DNA of 64,000 nucleotides. It comes from an uncultured Verrucomicrobiae bacterium (GTDB lineage: Bacteria > Verrucomicrobiota > Verrucomicrobiia > Chthoniobacterales > JAFAMB01). The stretch spans positions 928,001 to 992,000 of the forward strand of contig CAWIPH010000002.1 of NCBI GenBank assembly GCA_963837955.1. The letters are read 5' to 3'. The notes beneath the pieces are model-generated. The model saw only the letters and a list, made by a program, of their open reading frames with translations, made no database searches and had not been told where the DNA came from. Made by a program: the position numbers and the translations under genes. Each line of letters starts with the position of its first letter. The stretch's first letter is position 1. Of this stretch, positions 17,794 to 28,635 are shown one piece after another.

Positions 17794-17848
17794 TTTCATC
17801 CGGTTCACTGCCCCAACCTGCCGACGTGGCGTGAATTTTCCGCCGATT

Positions 17849-19738
17849 TTAACGCTCGGCTTTCGCCATCGTCTTTTGTTTGACCAATTGAAGCGAATGC
17901 TTTTGGTCGATTAGTTTGCGTTTCCCGTCCTGGCTCGGCGTGGATCCAGAGATAATCAAATCTCTAGCTTTCTCGGCGGTTAGCGAAGGGTCGGTGGCGA
18001 ACAATTTAGCGGCGAGGTTAGTTACTTGAGGAGCTGCCATCGAGGTCCCGGAAAACTTCACTTTCTTACCTCCGGGTATGAAGCTTTCCACGTGATACCC
18101 GCTGGCGTAGACCACGACCGTTTTACCGTAGCTGGTGAAGCTTGTCGCGTCCCCCGCTTGATTGGTCGCTCCGACCGTAATGAGGTTAGGAAGTTCTAAT
18201 GACGCCGGCACATCCTCCAGAAACCCAGCATCGCTGTCGGAATTTCCGGCGGCGGTAACAAAGAGCGTATCCGGCGCAGCTTTCATCGCTTCAATAATCG
18301 CCTCTTTCCAGATCGCGAAAAGCTCAAGCGCTTCTTGCTTTCGCTCGTCACCTGTTTGATTCCCCTTGGTTCGAGCGAGCCACTCCTCAAATTCCCGCGG
18401 TTCATCGCCCCAACTCAGGTTCACCACGCGTACTTTATGTTCCGCGCAGAATTGGCCGATCCGTTTGAAATTCGCTGCCATCCGATGCGCCCACTCAGTG
18501 GTTGGCGGGAAATGCAGTTCGCGGTTCAGCCCGTCGTTGAACCGAAAAACAACCAATTGCGCTGCCGGATTCCCTTTGATCGCGATGCCGGCAACGTGAG
18601 TGCCATGGGCCATATTGCCAAAGAAACCGAGTCGTTCGAACATCCTGTTGACCTCATCTTTCGACATCTGAGCAAGGCGTTTCTTGAAGGATTCTGTTAT
18701 CGGGGTTTCAATTCCCCCTTTCAGATCCGATAGCGCTTCCAGATTCTCCGACACCTCCGGGTATTGCTGTTTCTGTTCGGGGGTGAGCGGATAGAGAGCA
18801 GAATCGGAGGGATTGCCATCATCGGTAAACGCGAGTCCCTGGGCAGGGTAAGGCGCAGAATGGGCGTACCGATAGAGGTGTCCGGGGTAGAGAGCTGTAT
18901 CGACGCCTGAATCCCAGATGCCGACGAGAACTTTCTGTGCATGATCTTTGCTCGTGAGCGTGACCTCGCGCGCCGCCCAGATATCGGGCTTTTGCGTATC
19001 GTGGGCTGTGACGTAGGCCTTCAGCACATTCGCCCGGATAGAGTTGAGCGGGAGTTTGACCTGGAGGTTCGCCCGAGTGTTGAGGACCTCGTACATCGAT
19101 TCCCGCGAGAGAGTGCCGGATTTGTCGATTTCCGGCTGCAGATTGTCCTGGGCGTTGCCTAGCAGAAACGATTCAGAATATAAGCCGGAAATACTCCGAG
19201 CCGACTTGATCACATCCTGGACAACTTCCCAGGGAAGCGCATTGACTGCGTCTCGGTAGATCGATTCCACTTTCTGCTCGTACTCAGCGCCTTTCTTGGC
19301 GGCAACGTCTTGCTGCGCTTTTAAAAGTGCCTCATCGAATAACCCAACGGTCAGTTTCAAATCCGGCTTTGATTGGAGTGCGCGAAGCTTGGCGATGGTT
19401 TCCAGTCCACCGGCCGCGTCTCCCTTTAGTTCCTGTAGGGAGAGTTTCGCGGTCAGCATGGAAATGAGCGTGGCGTTATCCTGGATGTCGTAGTTGGAAA
19501 AGAGTTCGTCGAGGTCGGCCGTCGCCTTGCTGACGGCGGAGGCGAATACGGAATCGTCCGATTGGAGCAGGGTGCTGACGGATCCGGTCACCGGATAAGA
19601 AGTCCGGGGAAGGTCGGCCTGGCTATGCACTTCCTGTTTGGCTTGATCAGCGAACGCGGCACCAGCAAAAAATAATCCGGTAAGGCTGAGAAAGACGAGA
19701 GTGCGGTAAAAGGGGGGTTCCAGTTTCGAGTAAGGCAT
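17849..19738 (-). CDS. Secreted S8 subtilisin-like serine peptidase
   Basis: Signal peptide; catalytic D (WDSG), H (HGTHVAG) and S (GTSMAAP); oxyanion N (AAGN). Confidence 0.93.
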   Translation of the reverse strand: MPYSKLEPPFYRTLVFLSLTGLFFAGAAFADQAKQEVHSQADLPRTSYPVTGSVSTLLQSDDSVFASAVSKATADLDELFSNYDIQDNATLISMLTAKLSLQELKGDAAGGLETIAKLRALQSKPDLKLTVGLFDEALLKAQQDVAAKKGAEYEQKVESIYRDAVNALPWEVVQDVIKSARSISGLYSESFLLGNAQDNLQPEIDKSGTLSRESMYEVLNTRANLQVKLPLNSIRANVLKAYVTAHDTQKPDIWAAREVTLTSKDHAQKVLVGIWDSGVDTALYPGHLYRYAHSAPYPAQGLAFTDDGNPSDSALYPLTPEQKQQYPEVSENLEALSDLKGGIETPITESFKKRLAQMSKDEVNRMFERLGFFGNMAHGTHVAGIAIKGNPAAQLVVFRFNDGLNRELHFPPTTEWAHRMAANFKRIGQFCAEHKVRVVNLSWGDEPREFEEWLARTKGNQTGDERKQEALELFAIWKEAIIEAMKAAPDTLFVTAAGNSDSDAGFLEDVPASLELPNLITVGATNQAGDATSFTSYGKTVVVYASGYHVESFIPGGKKVKFSGTSMAAPQVTNLAAKLFATDPSLTAEKARDLIISGSTPSQDGKRKLIDQKHSLQLVKQKTMAKAER

Positions 19739-19911
19739 GCGGTTTTGTAAGCGAGGAAACGTCTGCTGAAAAGGTCGATTCGTCTGGGGCGGCCGGATTG
19801 CTTTGCCTAGAAAAACGAGAAAGATCGCGAAGGGTTAGACACCGAACAGACACCCAAGGTTTACCATACTTGTGGCTTTGCAACAGTGTCGTCTGTGGTG
19901 AAACTATTTCT

Positions 19912-20418
19912 GTGGATAGAATCGAAGTTTGCGAAGCCGATATTACCAAACTTGCGGTCGACGCCATTGTGAATGCGGCCAATGAATCATTACTTGGGGG
20001 CGGCGGGGTGGATGGAGCGATCCATCGCGCGGCCGGACGGGAGTTATTGGAGGAGTGCCGCACGTTAGGAGGATGTCCGACCGGCCAGGCAAAGATCACG
20101 AAAGGGCATAGATTGCCGGCCAAATTTGTTATCCACACGGTTGGACCGGTTTGGCGTGGCGGTTCCCGAAACGAGCCAGAACTCTTAGCGAACTGTTACC
20201 GCAATTCGTTAGCACTGGCGACGACGCACTCGGTAAAGACCCTCGCCTTCCCGGCAATCAGCTGCGGCATTTACGGTTATCCCATTGATCAGGCGGTGCG
20301 GATCGCCGTTCGCGAAACCGCTGCGTATCTCGAACAAAATTCAGTTCCCGAAAAGATAATTTTCGCCTGTTTTGGTAAGGAAATTTTCGATGCGTACATC
20401 AAAGAGCTGAGGGATTGA
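19912..20418 (+). CDS. Macro-domain protein (O-acetyl-ADP-ribose deacetylase type)
   Basis: [50 protein letters not shown]. Confidence 0.95.
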   Translation: MDRIEVCEADITKLAVDAIVNAANESLLGGGGVDGAIHRAAGRELLEECRTLGGCPTGQAKITKGHRLPAKFVIHTVGPVWRGGSRNEPELLANCYRNSLALATTHSVKTLAFPAISCGIYGYPIDQAVRIAVRETAAYLEQNSVPEKIIFACFGKEIFDAYIKELRD

Positions 20419-20557
20419 AACGGAATACGGAATGCCCAAACTGGGAGTCAAGAGTTCTAAGAGCAAACCGTAACAGCGTCGGTCCTGTTACCTGGCGGAT
20501 CTCAATGACCGCAACGCCAGCGCAATCCGTTTGCCGCCGCACAGGGTCCAGTCGCTG

Positions 20558-20956
20558 CTACCGGTCTTGCGCTTTCGCGTGTCTCTCAAGTTCGGGCAAG
20601 CTGACATATTCAAGTGCGCCGGCATACGTTGCTTCCAGGAACACCGGAGGCGCACAATCAGCCTCGAGGGCTTCGAGCCAGCGCTCCACGCACAGGCACC
20701 AGCGGTCACCAGGCTTGAGTCCAGGGAAATCGTATTCCGGTCGCGCGCTGGTGAGATCATTTCCACGGTCGGCGGAGAATTCGAGAAATTCTGCAGTCAT
20801 CTCAGCGCAAACAAAATGATGACCGGTATCGGTTCCATCGGTTCGGCAGAAACCGTCGCGGAAATACCCTGTTACTGGACGCGCGCAGCAACACTCCAAC
20901 TCGGTGCCGAGTACATTCCGTCCGAAGCGATCTTGGTCTGTCCCGTCGGTAGCCAT
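20558..20956 (-). CDS. DUF2237 family protein
   Basis: NVLG..LE.CC..PVTGYFRDGFC, GNDL.S.RP...FPGLKPGDRWCLC..RW. Confidence 0.9.
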   Translation of the reverse strand: MATDGTDQDRFGRNVLGTELECCCARPVTGYFRDGFCRTDGTDTGHHFVCAEMTAEFLEFSADRGNDLTSARPEYDFPGLKPGDRWCLCVERWLEALEADCAPPVFLEATYAGALEYVSLPELERHAKAQDR

Positions 20957-21004
20957 GCGAGTGAATAAAGAACGCGGAAAGGGGGGTGCGCCTTTGCAAA
21001 TCAA

Positions 21005-21079
21005 TCGGGCTGGTGGGATTCGAACCCACGGCCTCCACGTCCCGAACGTGGCGCTCTAGCCAAGCTGAGCCACAGCCCG
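21005..21079 (-). tRNA. tRNA-Pro(CGG), CCA not encoded
   Basis: Reverse complement CGGGCTGTGGCTCAGCTTGGCTAGAGCGCCACGTTCGGGACGTGGAGGCCGTGGGTTCGAATCCCACCAGCCCGA folds as a cloverleaf with anticodon CGG. Confidence 0.95.
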
Positions 21080-21128
21080 TCGAAAAGACTGGGAGATTAG
21101 ATCCACACCAGGGAGCGGTCAACCGTTT

Positions 21129-21413
21129 TCGGGAGAACGCCGAAGGCGCGCTTCAAGAAAGCCTAGGGCGAAGCCCTAGGAATCGGCCCCAGGTGGTCAC
21201 GCACTGAAGGTGTGTTTCAATCTAGCGACTCCCGATGCTTGTTTGAAAAGATTAGATGAACCAAAATATTTGCCAGCGATGGCATTCCAAAATCACAACA
21301 ACATATATAAAAGTTTTCGTCGCGCGCTTTCAGCGCTGATGGCCTTTTTCTGGTTCCTAGGGCTTCGCCCTTGGCTTTCTTGAGTCGCGGCTTCGCCGCT
21401 CGGCGTTCTCCGA
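21129..21413. repeat. Long imperfect inverted repeat with CCTAGGGCGAAGCCCTAGG hairpins (REPIN-like, family C)
   Basis: 21129-21184 is approximately the reverse complement of 21352-21413, with an AT-rich spacer. Confidence 0.75.
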
Positions 21414-21478
21414 CTTCGCTCCGTCGTTTGAAACTCCGGAAGGCTTCGTCGGACGAGCCGGCGTTCCGCCCCCGCCCT

Positions 21479-22735
21479 TCACTTCCGCTTCTCCTTGAAG
21501 TAAGCCTCAATCCCTTCCACCACTCCATCGGCGTATTCTTCATAGATGTTCTTGCGCATAACGCCGCCGAATTCGCGTAGCCCGGTGTATTCGCCGGCTT
21601 GAAACCGGTCAAAAAATTCATGGCTGTTCATGACGTAACATTCAACGAAGGCCACCGGGCATTGGTAAAGCCGATTGGCCAAAAGGTCGCGTGCCCAGAC
21701 GTATCCAGTTTTGCCGATGGAGTGTGCGTTATCAGTATTGTAATGAAAGGGCGGCAATCGAGTGACCGGAGCCATGTATTCCGCAAGGCATTCGGCGAGC
21801 CCCTTTTCTTGGATGAAGCTGCCGTTCAAAAGCTTGATCAGCATCGAGAAGCGAACGTCATCGTAGGCTAGTTCTGTGGCGCTGTACCCGCCGTTGACGA
21901 TGAAATGAAGATGATTGGTATCGACCAGCGTCGGATGCGTTGGATTGCCCCAAGGCTCGGCGTTGAAATGCAAGCATAGGGTCAGATCCGGTTGCAGGAT
22001 CGTATTGATGGCCGTGGCCCTGTCATGAATCTCCGCCACCCGGTAGAAAAGCTTTTCTGCCTCCCATTGGATCGAGTGCTCGCGCCATGGATCAAATGGA
22101 CCGGTGTAGCTGCGCGAAATTGGGTTCACTCCTCGGGTGATAAGGTTTAGGAGCGCTAACGCCTGGAGGGTTTCGGGGGCAAGATTGGTCACCGGTCCGG
22201 GATGAGAACGGACCCAAAGCACCTGGGCCCCAAGAGCCTCGAGCCTAGGCGCGATGAGTTGGGCGGTACGTAAGGTCAGATCCCCTTCGGTCACGGGCTT
22301 GGAATCATCGATCTGAAACCAACGTTCTTCCATTTTGGCCCAGGCGCCGCCGAGATGGCCGGGATCGAGGGCAACTTTCAGTCCAGAAAGTGGATGTTTC
22401 GGGTCACTGGGTAGTTGGTCGGCCGGATGCCAGTAGCGTGGCGCAGTGTAGCTCGTGGAATCGCCCGAAAAATTGAGGGTGAACCAATTTCCGTTGCCTT
22501 CCGCGATGCGGACTTGACCCGGTTCGATTGCGAACCACGGCGTCACATCCACACCAGGTGCATAAACGTCCCCGAGTAATCGCGTGAATTCGTTGTGTGT
22601 GATTGTTTGCTGAAATGCGTCCAAGCGTTTCCAGTCCGGGGCGGAAGAAAGCGGAGTCAATTGCCCTGCGAGCGCCGATAAAATAGAGGACCAAAAAATT
22701 GTCCAATAGACAAGGAACGGGAGTATGCGCGGCAT
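21479..22735 (-). CDS. N-acetylmuramoyl-L-alanine amidase-like protein (Amidase_3 motifs), exported
   Basis: Signal peptide; ALDPGH, EGDLTL, LCLHFNA and AFVEC carry the Zn ligands and catalytic Glu pattern. Confidence 0.7.
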   Translation of the reverse strand: MPRILPFLVYWTIFWSSILSALAGQLTPLSSAPDWKRLDAFQQTITHNEFTRLLGDVYAPGVDVTPWFAIEPGQVRIAEGNGNWFTLNFSGDSTSYTAPRYWHPADQLPSDPKHPLSGLKVALDPGHLGGAWAKMEERWFQIDDSKPVTEGDLTLRTAQLIAPRLEALGAQVLWVRSHPGPVTNLAPETLQALALLNLITRGVNPISRSYTGPFDPWREHSIQWEAEKLFYRVAEIHDRATAINTILQPDLTLCLHFNAEPWGNPTHPTLVDTNHLHFIVNGGYSATELAYDDVRFSMLIKLLNGSFIQEKGLAECLAEYMAPVTRLPPFHYNTDNAHSIGKTGYVWARDLLANRLYQCPVAFVECYVMNSHEFFDRFQAGEYTGLREFGGVMRKNIYEEYADGVVEGIEAYFKEKRK

Positions 22736-22797
22736 GGCTCAGTTGCTTCGGCTTCTTTACGTTCTAATATAGGCAAGTGTAAAGAGGGGCAGGTGGC

Positions 22798-23643
22798 ATG
22801 TTTCGACTTCTTTTTCTCGGCGATATTATTGGGGAACCCGGACGCAAAGCGGTCATCGACATGGTGCCGAGGTTGAAGCAGGAATGGGGTGTCGATTTTG
22901 TTGTAGCGAACGGTGAGAATGCAGCGGCTGGTCGCGGGATCACACCCAAGTTAACGATCGATCTCTTGCGGGCTGGAATTGCGGTGATCACGACTGGAGA
23001 CCATGTCTGGGATCAAAAAGAGCTGGCAGGATTCATTGATACTGAACCCCGTTTGCTACGGCCGATTAACTATCCGGACGGAACGCCGGGTAACGGGTCG
23101 ATCGTTTTGGAAACGGCGAAAGCCAAAGTCGGAGTCATTAATGTTCAGGGCCGGACTTTCATGCTGCCGGCGCTGGAAAATCCATTCCTAAGGCTTGAAC
23201 AGCTGGTCGCAAAGATGCGGGAAGAGACCCACGTCATATTTGTAGATGTGCACGCGGAAACCACCAGCGAAAAGATAGCGGTTGGACGGTTCTTGGACGG
23301 CAAGGTGTCGGCCGTAGCCGGTACTCACACGCACGTGCAAACTGCTGACGAGCAGATTTTTCCGGGTGGGACTGCGTTTATTTGTGATGCGGGTATGTGC
23401 GGTCCAACCGAGTCTATCCTGGGACGGGAGATTGAGCCCATCGTTCAGCGGTTTCTCACCAGTATGCCGGTGAACTTTCCAGTTGCTCGCGGTGAGGTGA
23501 AATTGCATGGGCTCCTGGTCGACATTGACGAAGCCAGCGGCAGGGCGCTTGCTGTGACGCGGGTAGCCGAAGTCTATCGTCAGACCCAGGCAGAAACCGA
23601 TGCGATGCCTGCCCGGCACCCGGAAGCATCCTTGGCAAAGTAG
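22798..23643 (+). CDS. YmdB/TIGR00282-type metallophosphoesterase
   Basis: FLGDIIGEPGR, NGENAAAGRG, DVHAETTSEK, GTHTHVQTADE, DAGMCGP. Confidence 0.93.
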   Translation: MFRLLFLGDIIGEPGRKAVIDMVPRLKQEWGVDFVVANGENAAAGRGITPKLTIDLLRAGIAVITTGDHVWDQKELAGFIDTEPRLLRPINYPDGTPGNGSIVLETAKAKVGVINVQGRTFMLPALENPFLRLEQLVAKMREETHVIFVDVHAETTSEKIAVGRFLDGKVSAVAGTHTHVQTADEQIFPGGTAFICDAGMCGPTESILGREIEPIVQRFLTSMPVNFPVARGEVKLHGLLVDIDEASGRALAVTRVAEVYRQTQAETDAMPARHPEASLAK

Positions 23644-23731
23644 GCGTTAATAATCCAAGTGCCTTGGTTCGAAGTTGTTCCTAGCCGTTTTCCCATGGAA
23701 ATGAACGCAGTTAGCGCCGCCAAGAATCCTG

Positions 23732-23759
23732 TTGACGCTAATGCACTCTTTGTTAAGTT
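23732..23759 (+). promoter_or_regulatory. Putative sigma70 promoter for tRNA-Thr/tuf
   Basis: TTGACG-N16-TAAGTT with a TGn extended -10. Confidence 0.5.
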
Positions 23760-23905
23760 TCCGGCTCGCTTGACGGACCTTGAGTAGCAACCAACCGGAC
23801 CAAAATGGGGCCAGTGACTAGTAGTCGGCCAGGTTTTTGCCCTCAAATTCCGGAGAGGATTGCCGGCTCGCGAGATTAGTGAAAACCGGTCGACCGACAA
23901 CAGAT

Positions 23906-23981
<76 letters not shown>

Positions 23982-24052
23982 TGTCCTGACCAGACAAGTA
24001 TTTAGCAGTTAGACAATTTAAAGAAAGTAGCAGCAAGAGAAGGAGACCTTAA

Positions 24053-25237
24053 ATGGCGAAGGATAAATTCGAAAGATCCAAACCGCACGTGAACATCGGC
24101 ACCATTGGTCACGTTGACCATGGCAAGACGACGCTTACTGCCGCGATCACGACGGTGCTGGCTGAGAAGGGCATGGCACAAGCAACGCGGTACGATCAGA
24201 TTGATAACGCTCCCGAAGAAAAGGAGCGTGGTATTACGATCAACACTGCGCACGTCGAATACTCGACCGTTAACCGTCACTATGCGCATGTGGATTGTCC
24301 GGGCCATGCCGATTACGTGAAGAATATGATCACCGGTGCGGCGCAGATGGACGGTGCCATTCTCGTGGTCTCGGCCGCGGATGGTCCGATGCCGCAGACC
24401 CGCGAACATATTCTTCTGGCGCGCCAGGTCGGTGTGCCGTCGATCGTCGTCTTCTTGAACAAATGTGACATGGTCGATGATCCGGAACTGCTTGATCTCG
24501 TCGAAATGGAAGTGCGCGATCTGCTATCTCAATATGAATTCCCGGGTGACACCATTCCGATCGTTAAAGGCAGCGCTTTGAAGGCACTCGAGGGTGATCC
24601 GAAATACAAGGAAAACATCTTCCAGTTGATGGCTGCGGTCGATGAATACATTCCGCTACCGGAGCGGCCCATCGATCAGCCCTTCCTGATGCCGATCGAA
24701 GATGTATTCAATATTGAAGGTCGAGGCACGGTGGTCACTGGACGAGTCGAGCGCGGAATCCTCAAGAAAATGGAGGAAGTGGAAATCGTCGGAATTCGAC
24801 CGACCGTGAAGACTACCGTTACCGATATTGAAATGTTCCGGAAGCTTTTAGACGAAGCACGAGCCGGGGACAATGTCGGGGTCCTTTTGCGAGGCGTAAA
24901 GAAAGAGGATGTAGAGCGCGGACAGGTGGTGGCTAAGCCGGGATCCATTAAGCCGCACAAGAAATTCAAAGCGGAAGTCTACGTATTGAGTAAGGAGGAA
25001 GGCGGCCGTCACACTCCGTTCTTCTCGAATTACCGTCCGCAGTTCTATTTCCGAACCACTGACGTTACTGGGACGGTCAAACTTCCTGAAGGTGTCGAGA
25101 TGGTAATGCCGGGCGATAACGTCTCCATTGAGGTGGAGTTGATTACCCCAATTGCGATGGAAAAGACGATCCGTTTCGCAATCCGCGAAGGTGGGCGTAC
25201 GGTGGGTGCCGGGCGCGTCGGCGACATTCTTGACTAA
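24053..25237 (+). CDS. tuf: Elongation factor Tu
   Basis: [28 protein letters not shown]; 394 aa. Confidence 0.99.
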   Translation: MAKDKFERSKPHVNIGTIGHVDHGKTTLTAAITTVLAEKGMAQATRYDQIDNAPEEKERGITINTAHVEYSTVNRHYAHVDCPGHADYVKNMITGAAQMDGAILVVSAADGPMPQTREHILLARQVGVPSIVVFLNKCDMVDDPELLDLVEMEVRDLLSQYEFPGDTIPIVKGSALKALEGDPKYKENIFQLMAAVDEYIPLPERPIDQPFLMPIEDVFNIEGRGTVVTGRVERGILKKMEEVEIVGIRPTVKTTVTDIEMFRKLLDEARAGDNVGVLLRGVKKEDVERGQVVAKPGSIKPHKKFKAEVYVLSKEEGGRHTPFFSNYRPQFYFRTTDVTGTVKLPEGVEMVMPGDNVSIEVELITPIAMEKTIRFAIREGGRTVGAGRVGDILD

Positions 25238-25275
25238 GAGGGCGTTGTCGAGGAACAATAGACGAATTATTTGAG

Positions 25276-25306
25276 CGGGTCCCGCCTAGGCGGGACCCCT
25301 TTCTTT
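25276..25306 (+). terminator. Hairpin/putative intrinsic terminator after tuf
   Basis: GGGTCCCGCC-ta-GGCGGGACCC followed by TTTCTTT. Confidence 0.6.
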
Positions 25307-25322
25307 CTAAACCGTGAACAAT

Positions 25323-25395
25323 AGGTCAGTAGCTCAATTGGTAGAGCAGCGGTCTCCAAAACCGCCGGTTGGGGGTTCGAGTCCCTCCTGACCTG
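25323..25395 (+). tRNA. tRNA-Trp(CCA)
   Basis: AGGTCAGTAGCTCAATTGGTAGAGCAGCGGTCTCCAAAACCGCCGGTTGGGGGTTCGAGTCCCTCCTGACCTG. Confidence 0.97.
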
Positions 25396-25410
25396 TTTCC
25401 TCGTACCCAG

Positions 25411-25632
25411 ATGTTTGGATTTTTTCGCTATATCTTTCGCTTCATTGCCGAATCCCGGGCGGAACTGGCAAAAGCGAGTTGGCCGTGGGATCCCAAAGAG
25501 AAAGGCATCAAGCGGTATCGGGAATTGATCGATTCGACCACTGTGGTGCTGATCGCGATGGTGATCTTGAGCGGTTATATCACTTTTTGGGATTTTGTGT
25601 TGGTTAACATCGTAGGTTGGTTGGTGCCATAA
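25411..25632 (+). CDS. secE: Preprotein translocase subunit SecE
   Basis: ELAKASWP...ELIDSTTVV followed by a TM helix; lies between tRNA-Trp and nusG. Confidence 0.92.
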   Translation: MFGFFRYIFRFIAESRAELAKASWPWDPKEKGIKRYRELIDSTTVVLIAMVILSGYITFWDFVLVNIVGWLVP

Positions 25633-25648
25633 GCGAGGTAGTGACGTT

Positions 25649-26212
25649 ATGAGTGAACCGGATAAGGATCAGTGGTTTGTCGTGCACGTGCTGTCCGGGC
25701 AGGAACAGAAGGTGTACGACAACTTGACGCGCCGGATCAAAACCGAGGAGATGGGTGACTTGGTTTACGAAGTTTTGATTCCAACCGAGCGAGTATCCGA
25801 AATAAAACGAGGAAAACGTACGGAGACCACCCGCAAGTTTTTTCCAGGATACTTAATTGTGAATATGTACCTGCTGGATAAGCAGAACCAGCTAGTCGAC
25901 CGGACTTGGTACTTTATCCGCGAAACCCCGGGAGTGTTAGGCTTTGCTGGAACAAAGGATAAGCCTGTGCCGATGCGACCCCAGGAAGTGGAAAGCATGT
26001 TGGCCCAGATTCGGGAACGGGAAGACAAGGTCAAACCAAAGGTCAGTTTTGAAGTCGGCGAGACGGTCAAGGTTGCCGATGGACCGTTCCAAAATCAAAG
26101 CGGGGTCGTGGAAGAAATTGACCCGGACCGCGGCAAGTTGCGCGTCTCGGTCAGTATTTTCGGACGTTCTACTCCGGTCGAACTGGAGTATTGGCAGGTA
26201 GAAAGAAGCTAA
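25649..26212 (+). CDS. nusG: Transcription factor NusG
   Basis: WFVVHVLSGQE, FFPGY, KOW domain DGPF, IFGRSTPVELEY. Confidence 0.98.
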   Translation: MSEPDKDQWFVVHVLSGQEQKVYDNLTRRIKTEEMGDLVYEVLIPTERVSEIKRGKRTETTRKFFPGYLIVNMYLLDKQNQLVDRTWYFIRETPGVLGFAGTKDKPVPMRPQEVESMLAQIREREDKVKPKVSFEVGETVKVADGPFQNQSGVVEEIDPDRGKLRVSVSIFGRSTPVELEYWQVERS

Positions 26213-26250
26213 ACTGGACTACTGCTTTAACGGCGGTTCAACGATAAGAT

Positions 26251-26676
26251 ATGGCAAAAGAAGTTGTTGCAACGATCAAGCTGCAGATACCGGCTGGTCA
26301 GGCTAACCCGGCGCCGCCGGTCGGCCCTGCACTCGGTCAGAATGGCGTGAACATCATGGCCTTCTGCAAGGAGTTTAACGCCGCTACCCAAAAGCAGGCC
26401 GGCGATATCCTGCCGGTAGTAATCACGGTGTATAAGGATAAGACCTTCACCTTCATCACCAAAGCGCCGCCCGCGGCTATCCTTTTGAAGAAAGCGGCGA
26501 ATATCGCCGCCGGTTCGAAGGAGCCGAACAAAATAAAAGTCGGGAAGCTGACCAAGAAAGAGGTCATGGATATTGTGAAGGTGAAAATGAAGGACATGAA
26601 CGCGAACTCCGAAGAAGCGGCCTATCGCACGCTGGTCGGTACAGCGCGCCAAATGGGGATCGACGTCATAGAATAA
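26251..26676 (+). CDS. rplK: 50S ribosomal protein L11
   Basis: [28 protein letters not shown]. Confidence 0.99.
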   Translation: MAKEVVATIKLQIPAGQANPAPPVGPALGQNGVNIMAFCKEFNAATQKQAGDILPVVITVYKDKTFTFITKAPPAAILLKKAANIAAGSKEPNKIKVGKLTKKEVMDIVKVKMKDMNANSEEAAYRTLVGTARQMGIDVIE

Positions 26677-26712
26677 CCGATTCGGACGCGCGGGAGCGCT
26701 TCCTTAACCAAC

Positions 26713-26748
26713 GCAGGAGGTTTCGCCTAGGGAAACCGCCAGCACTGC
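26713..26748 (+). promoter_or_regulatory. Putative L1-binding autoregulatory RNA between rplK and rplA
   Basis: GCAG-GAGG-[hairpin]-CCGCCAGCA-CTGC: two stems with an asymmetric internal loop, just upstream of the rplA start. Confidence 0.55.
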
Positions 26749-26753
26749 AAAAA

Positions 26754-27458
26754 ATGAAAGCAACTCATCGTAGTAAACGGTATCGAGCCTGTCTTGAATT
26801 GATTCATTCAGACAAGGCCTACTCACTTCCGGACGCAGTTGAGACACTCAAAAAACTGCCTCCGACTAAATTTGATCAAACGATTACCCTCTCTTTTAAG
26901 CTGGGGGTAGATCCGAAACAGTCCGACCAGATGGTCCGTGGTACCTGTCCATTGCCGCACGGCAGCGGGAAACAGGTGCGAGTTCTCGTCTTTGCTCAGG
27001 GTCAAGCAGCGGAAGCTGCCAAAGAAGCGGGTGCTGAATACGTCGGATATGAGGATTTGATTAAGAAATGCCAGGCAGGCTTCCAGGATTTTGACGTCGC
27101 TATCGCGACTCCGGCGGCGATGGCCGAGGTGCGCAAGTTGGGGAAAGTGCTCGGGCCGCGTGGCCTTATGCCGAATCCGAAGACTGGCACCGTTACCGAT
27201 GACACCGCCAAAGCGGTGAAGGAAGTGAAGGCAGGCCGGGTTGAATTTAAACTCGATAAGAACGGCAATGTAGCAGTCCCGGTGGGCAAGTTCTCCTTTG
27301 CGCCGCAAGCTCTGGTCGAGAATGGCACGGCGGTGATTGATGCGGTTGTGAGAGCTCGACCCCCGTCTGCCAAGGGCAAGTTTGTTCACACCATAACGGT
27401 CAGCGCAACCATGACTCCGGGTCTACCAGTCGATCCGTCGGTCTACCTGAAATCCTGA
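26754..27458 (+). CDS. rplA: 50S ribosomal protein L1
   Basis: [35 protein letters not shown]. Confidence 0.99.
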   Translation: MKATHRSKRYRACLELIHSDKAYSLPDAVETLKKLPPTKFDQTITLSFKLGVDPKQSDQMVRGTCPLPHGSGKQVRVLVFAQGQAAEAAKEAGAEYVGYEDLIKKCQAGFQDFDVAIATPAAMAEVRKLGKVLGPRGLMPNPKTGTVTDDTAKAVKEVKAGRVEFKLDKNGNVAVPVGKFSFAPQALVENGTAVIDAVVRARPPSAKGKFVHTITVSATMTPGLPVDPSVYLKS

Positions 27459-27474
27459 AATAGAGGAGGAAACC

Positions 27475-27999
27475 ATGAGACCAGAAAAGACGACGATTGT
27501 TGATGATCTTTCCGCGCGGCTAAACGCCTCACCGTTTTTGATCGTAACCGAATACGCCGGTATGAACGTGATCGAGTTCGCGGAGCTGCGGACCCGGCTC
27601 GCTGGAGCCGGAGCAGAATGCAAAGTGGTGAAAAACACCTTTTTGCGGAGGGCGGCAGCGGAAGTGGGCTTCCCGGATCTCGGCGATACGCTAGCCGGTC
27701 AGACGGCGATTGTGACCGGAGAGAGCGATGTCTGTGCTGCGGCCAAAATCCTAAAGACTTTTTCGGCAGAATTCCAACGCCCGTCGGTCAAGGTCGGCGT
27801 GCTGGACCATGCCGTAATTTCGAAGGAGCAGATCCAGGCGCTGGCGGAGCTTCCGGCGAAACCGATTCTGCAGGCACAATTGCTTGGCGTGCTGAAGTCG
27901 CCGCTTCAGAAGCTCGTAACGGTATTGAACGAGCCAGGGGCTTCGCTTGCTCGCCTCTTGAAGGCAAAAGTAGACAAAGAACAGGGAGCGGAAGCATGA
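27475..27999 (+). CDS. rplJ: 50S ribosomal protein L10
   Basis: EYAGMNV, VVKNTF, ALAELP; synteny. Confidence 0.97.
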   Translation: MRPEKTTIVDDLSARLNASPFLIVTEYAGMNVIEFAELRTRLAGAGAECKVVKNTFLRRAAAEVGFPDLGDTLAGQTAIVTGESDVCAAAKILKTFSAEFQRPSVKVGVLDHAVISKEQIQALAELPAKPILQAQLLGVLKSPLQKLVTVLNEPGASLARLLKAKVDKEQGAEA

Positions 28000-28177
28000 A
28001 TTTGTTCATCGCGCTGTCAGCTGCGTTTTGCTGCTGGTGGGCGGTGAAAACTTACGGGGCGTGAAATGAAGCCGCACGCCACGATGAAAACATAAACTGG
28101 TTCCTCGTCGGGTCGGGCAGCTGCCGGATCTTAAATGCTCTCGAGGCTTCGGAGCGCGACGACACCTAAGGAATAAA

Positions 28178-28570
28178 ATGGCAAATACAGAACAACTGGT
28201 TGAGCAGCTCAGCGGTCTAACCGTTTTGGAAATCGCTGATCTGGTAAAGAAACTCGAAGAAAAGTGGGGTGTCAGTGCGGCAGCTCCAGTAGCGGTCGCG
28301 GCTGGTCCGGTAGCGGGCGGTGGCGCGGGAGCCGGTGCACCGGTCGTCGAAGAAAAGACTACTTTTGACGTGATCCTCAAGGAGATTGGTGGCAACAAGA
28401 TCGCCGTCATTAAAGAGGTTCGGGCGTCCGTCTCGGGTCTGGGACTAGCGGAAGCGAAAGCCTTAGTGGAAGGCGCGCCGAAGCCGATCAAAGAAGGGGT
28501 CACCAAAGAAGAAGCGGACGAGATCAAGAAGAAGGTCGAAGCCGCTGGAGCGAAGGTCGAAATCAAGTAA
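28178..28570 (+). CDS. rplL: 50S ribosomal protein L7/L12
   Basis: [32 protein letters not shown]. Confidence 0.99.
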   Translation: MANTEQLVEQLSGLTVLEIADLVKKLEEKWGVSAAAPVAVAAGPVAGGGAGAGAPVVEEKTTFDVILKEIGGNKIAVIKEVRASVSGLGLAEAKALVEGAPKPIKEGVTKEEADEIKKKVEAAGAKVEIK

Positions 28571-28588
28571 GCCTCGAGATCAACTCTC

Positions 28589-28627
28589 GAAAAGGGCGTG
28601 TTGCTTCGAAGCAGGACGCCCTTTTTC
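28589..28627 (+). terminator. Intrinsic terminator after rplL
   Basis: GAAAAGGGCGTG...GACGCCCTTTTTC. Confidence 0.8.
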
Positions 28628-28635
28628 GTTTTCGC

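Noticed and set aside
21005..21030. tRNA-Pro 3' end as the integration site of the 12-17 kb accessory region
   Set aside because: No duplicated tRNA 3' fragment seen and no integrase; ordinary genes lie in between.
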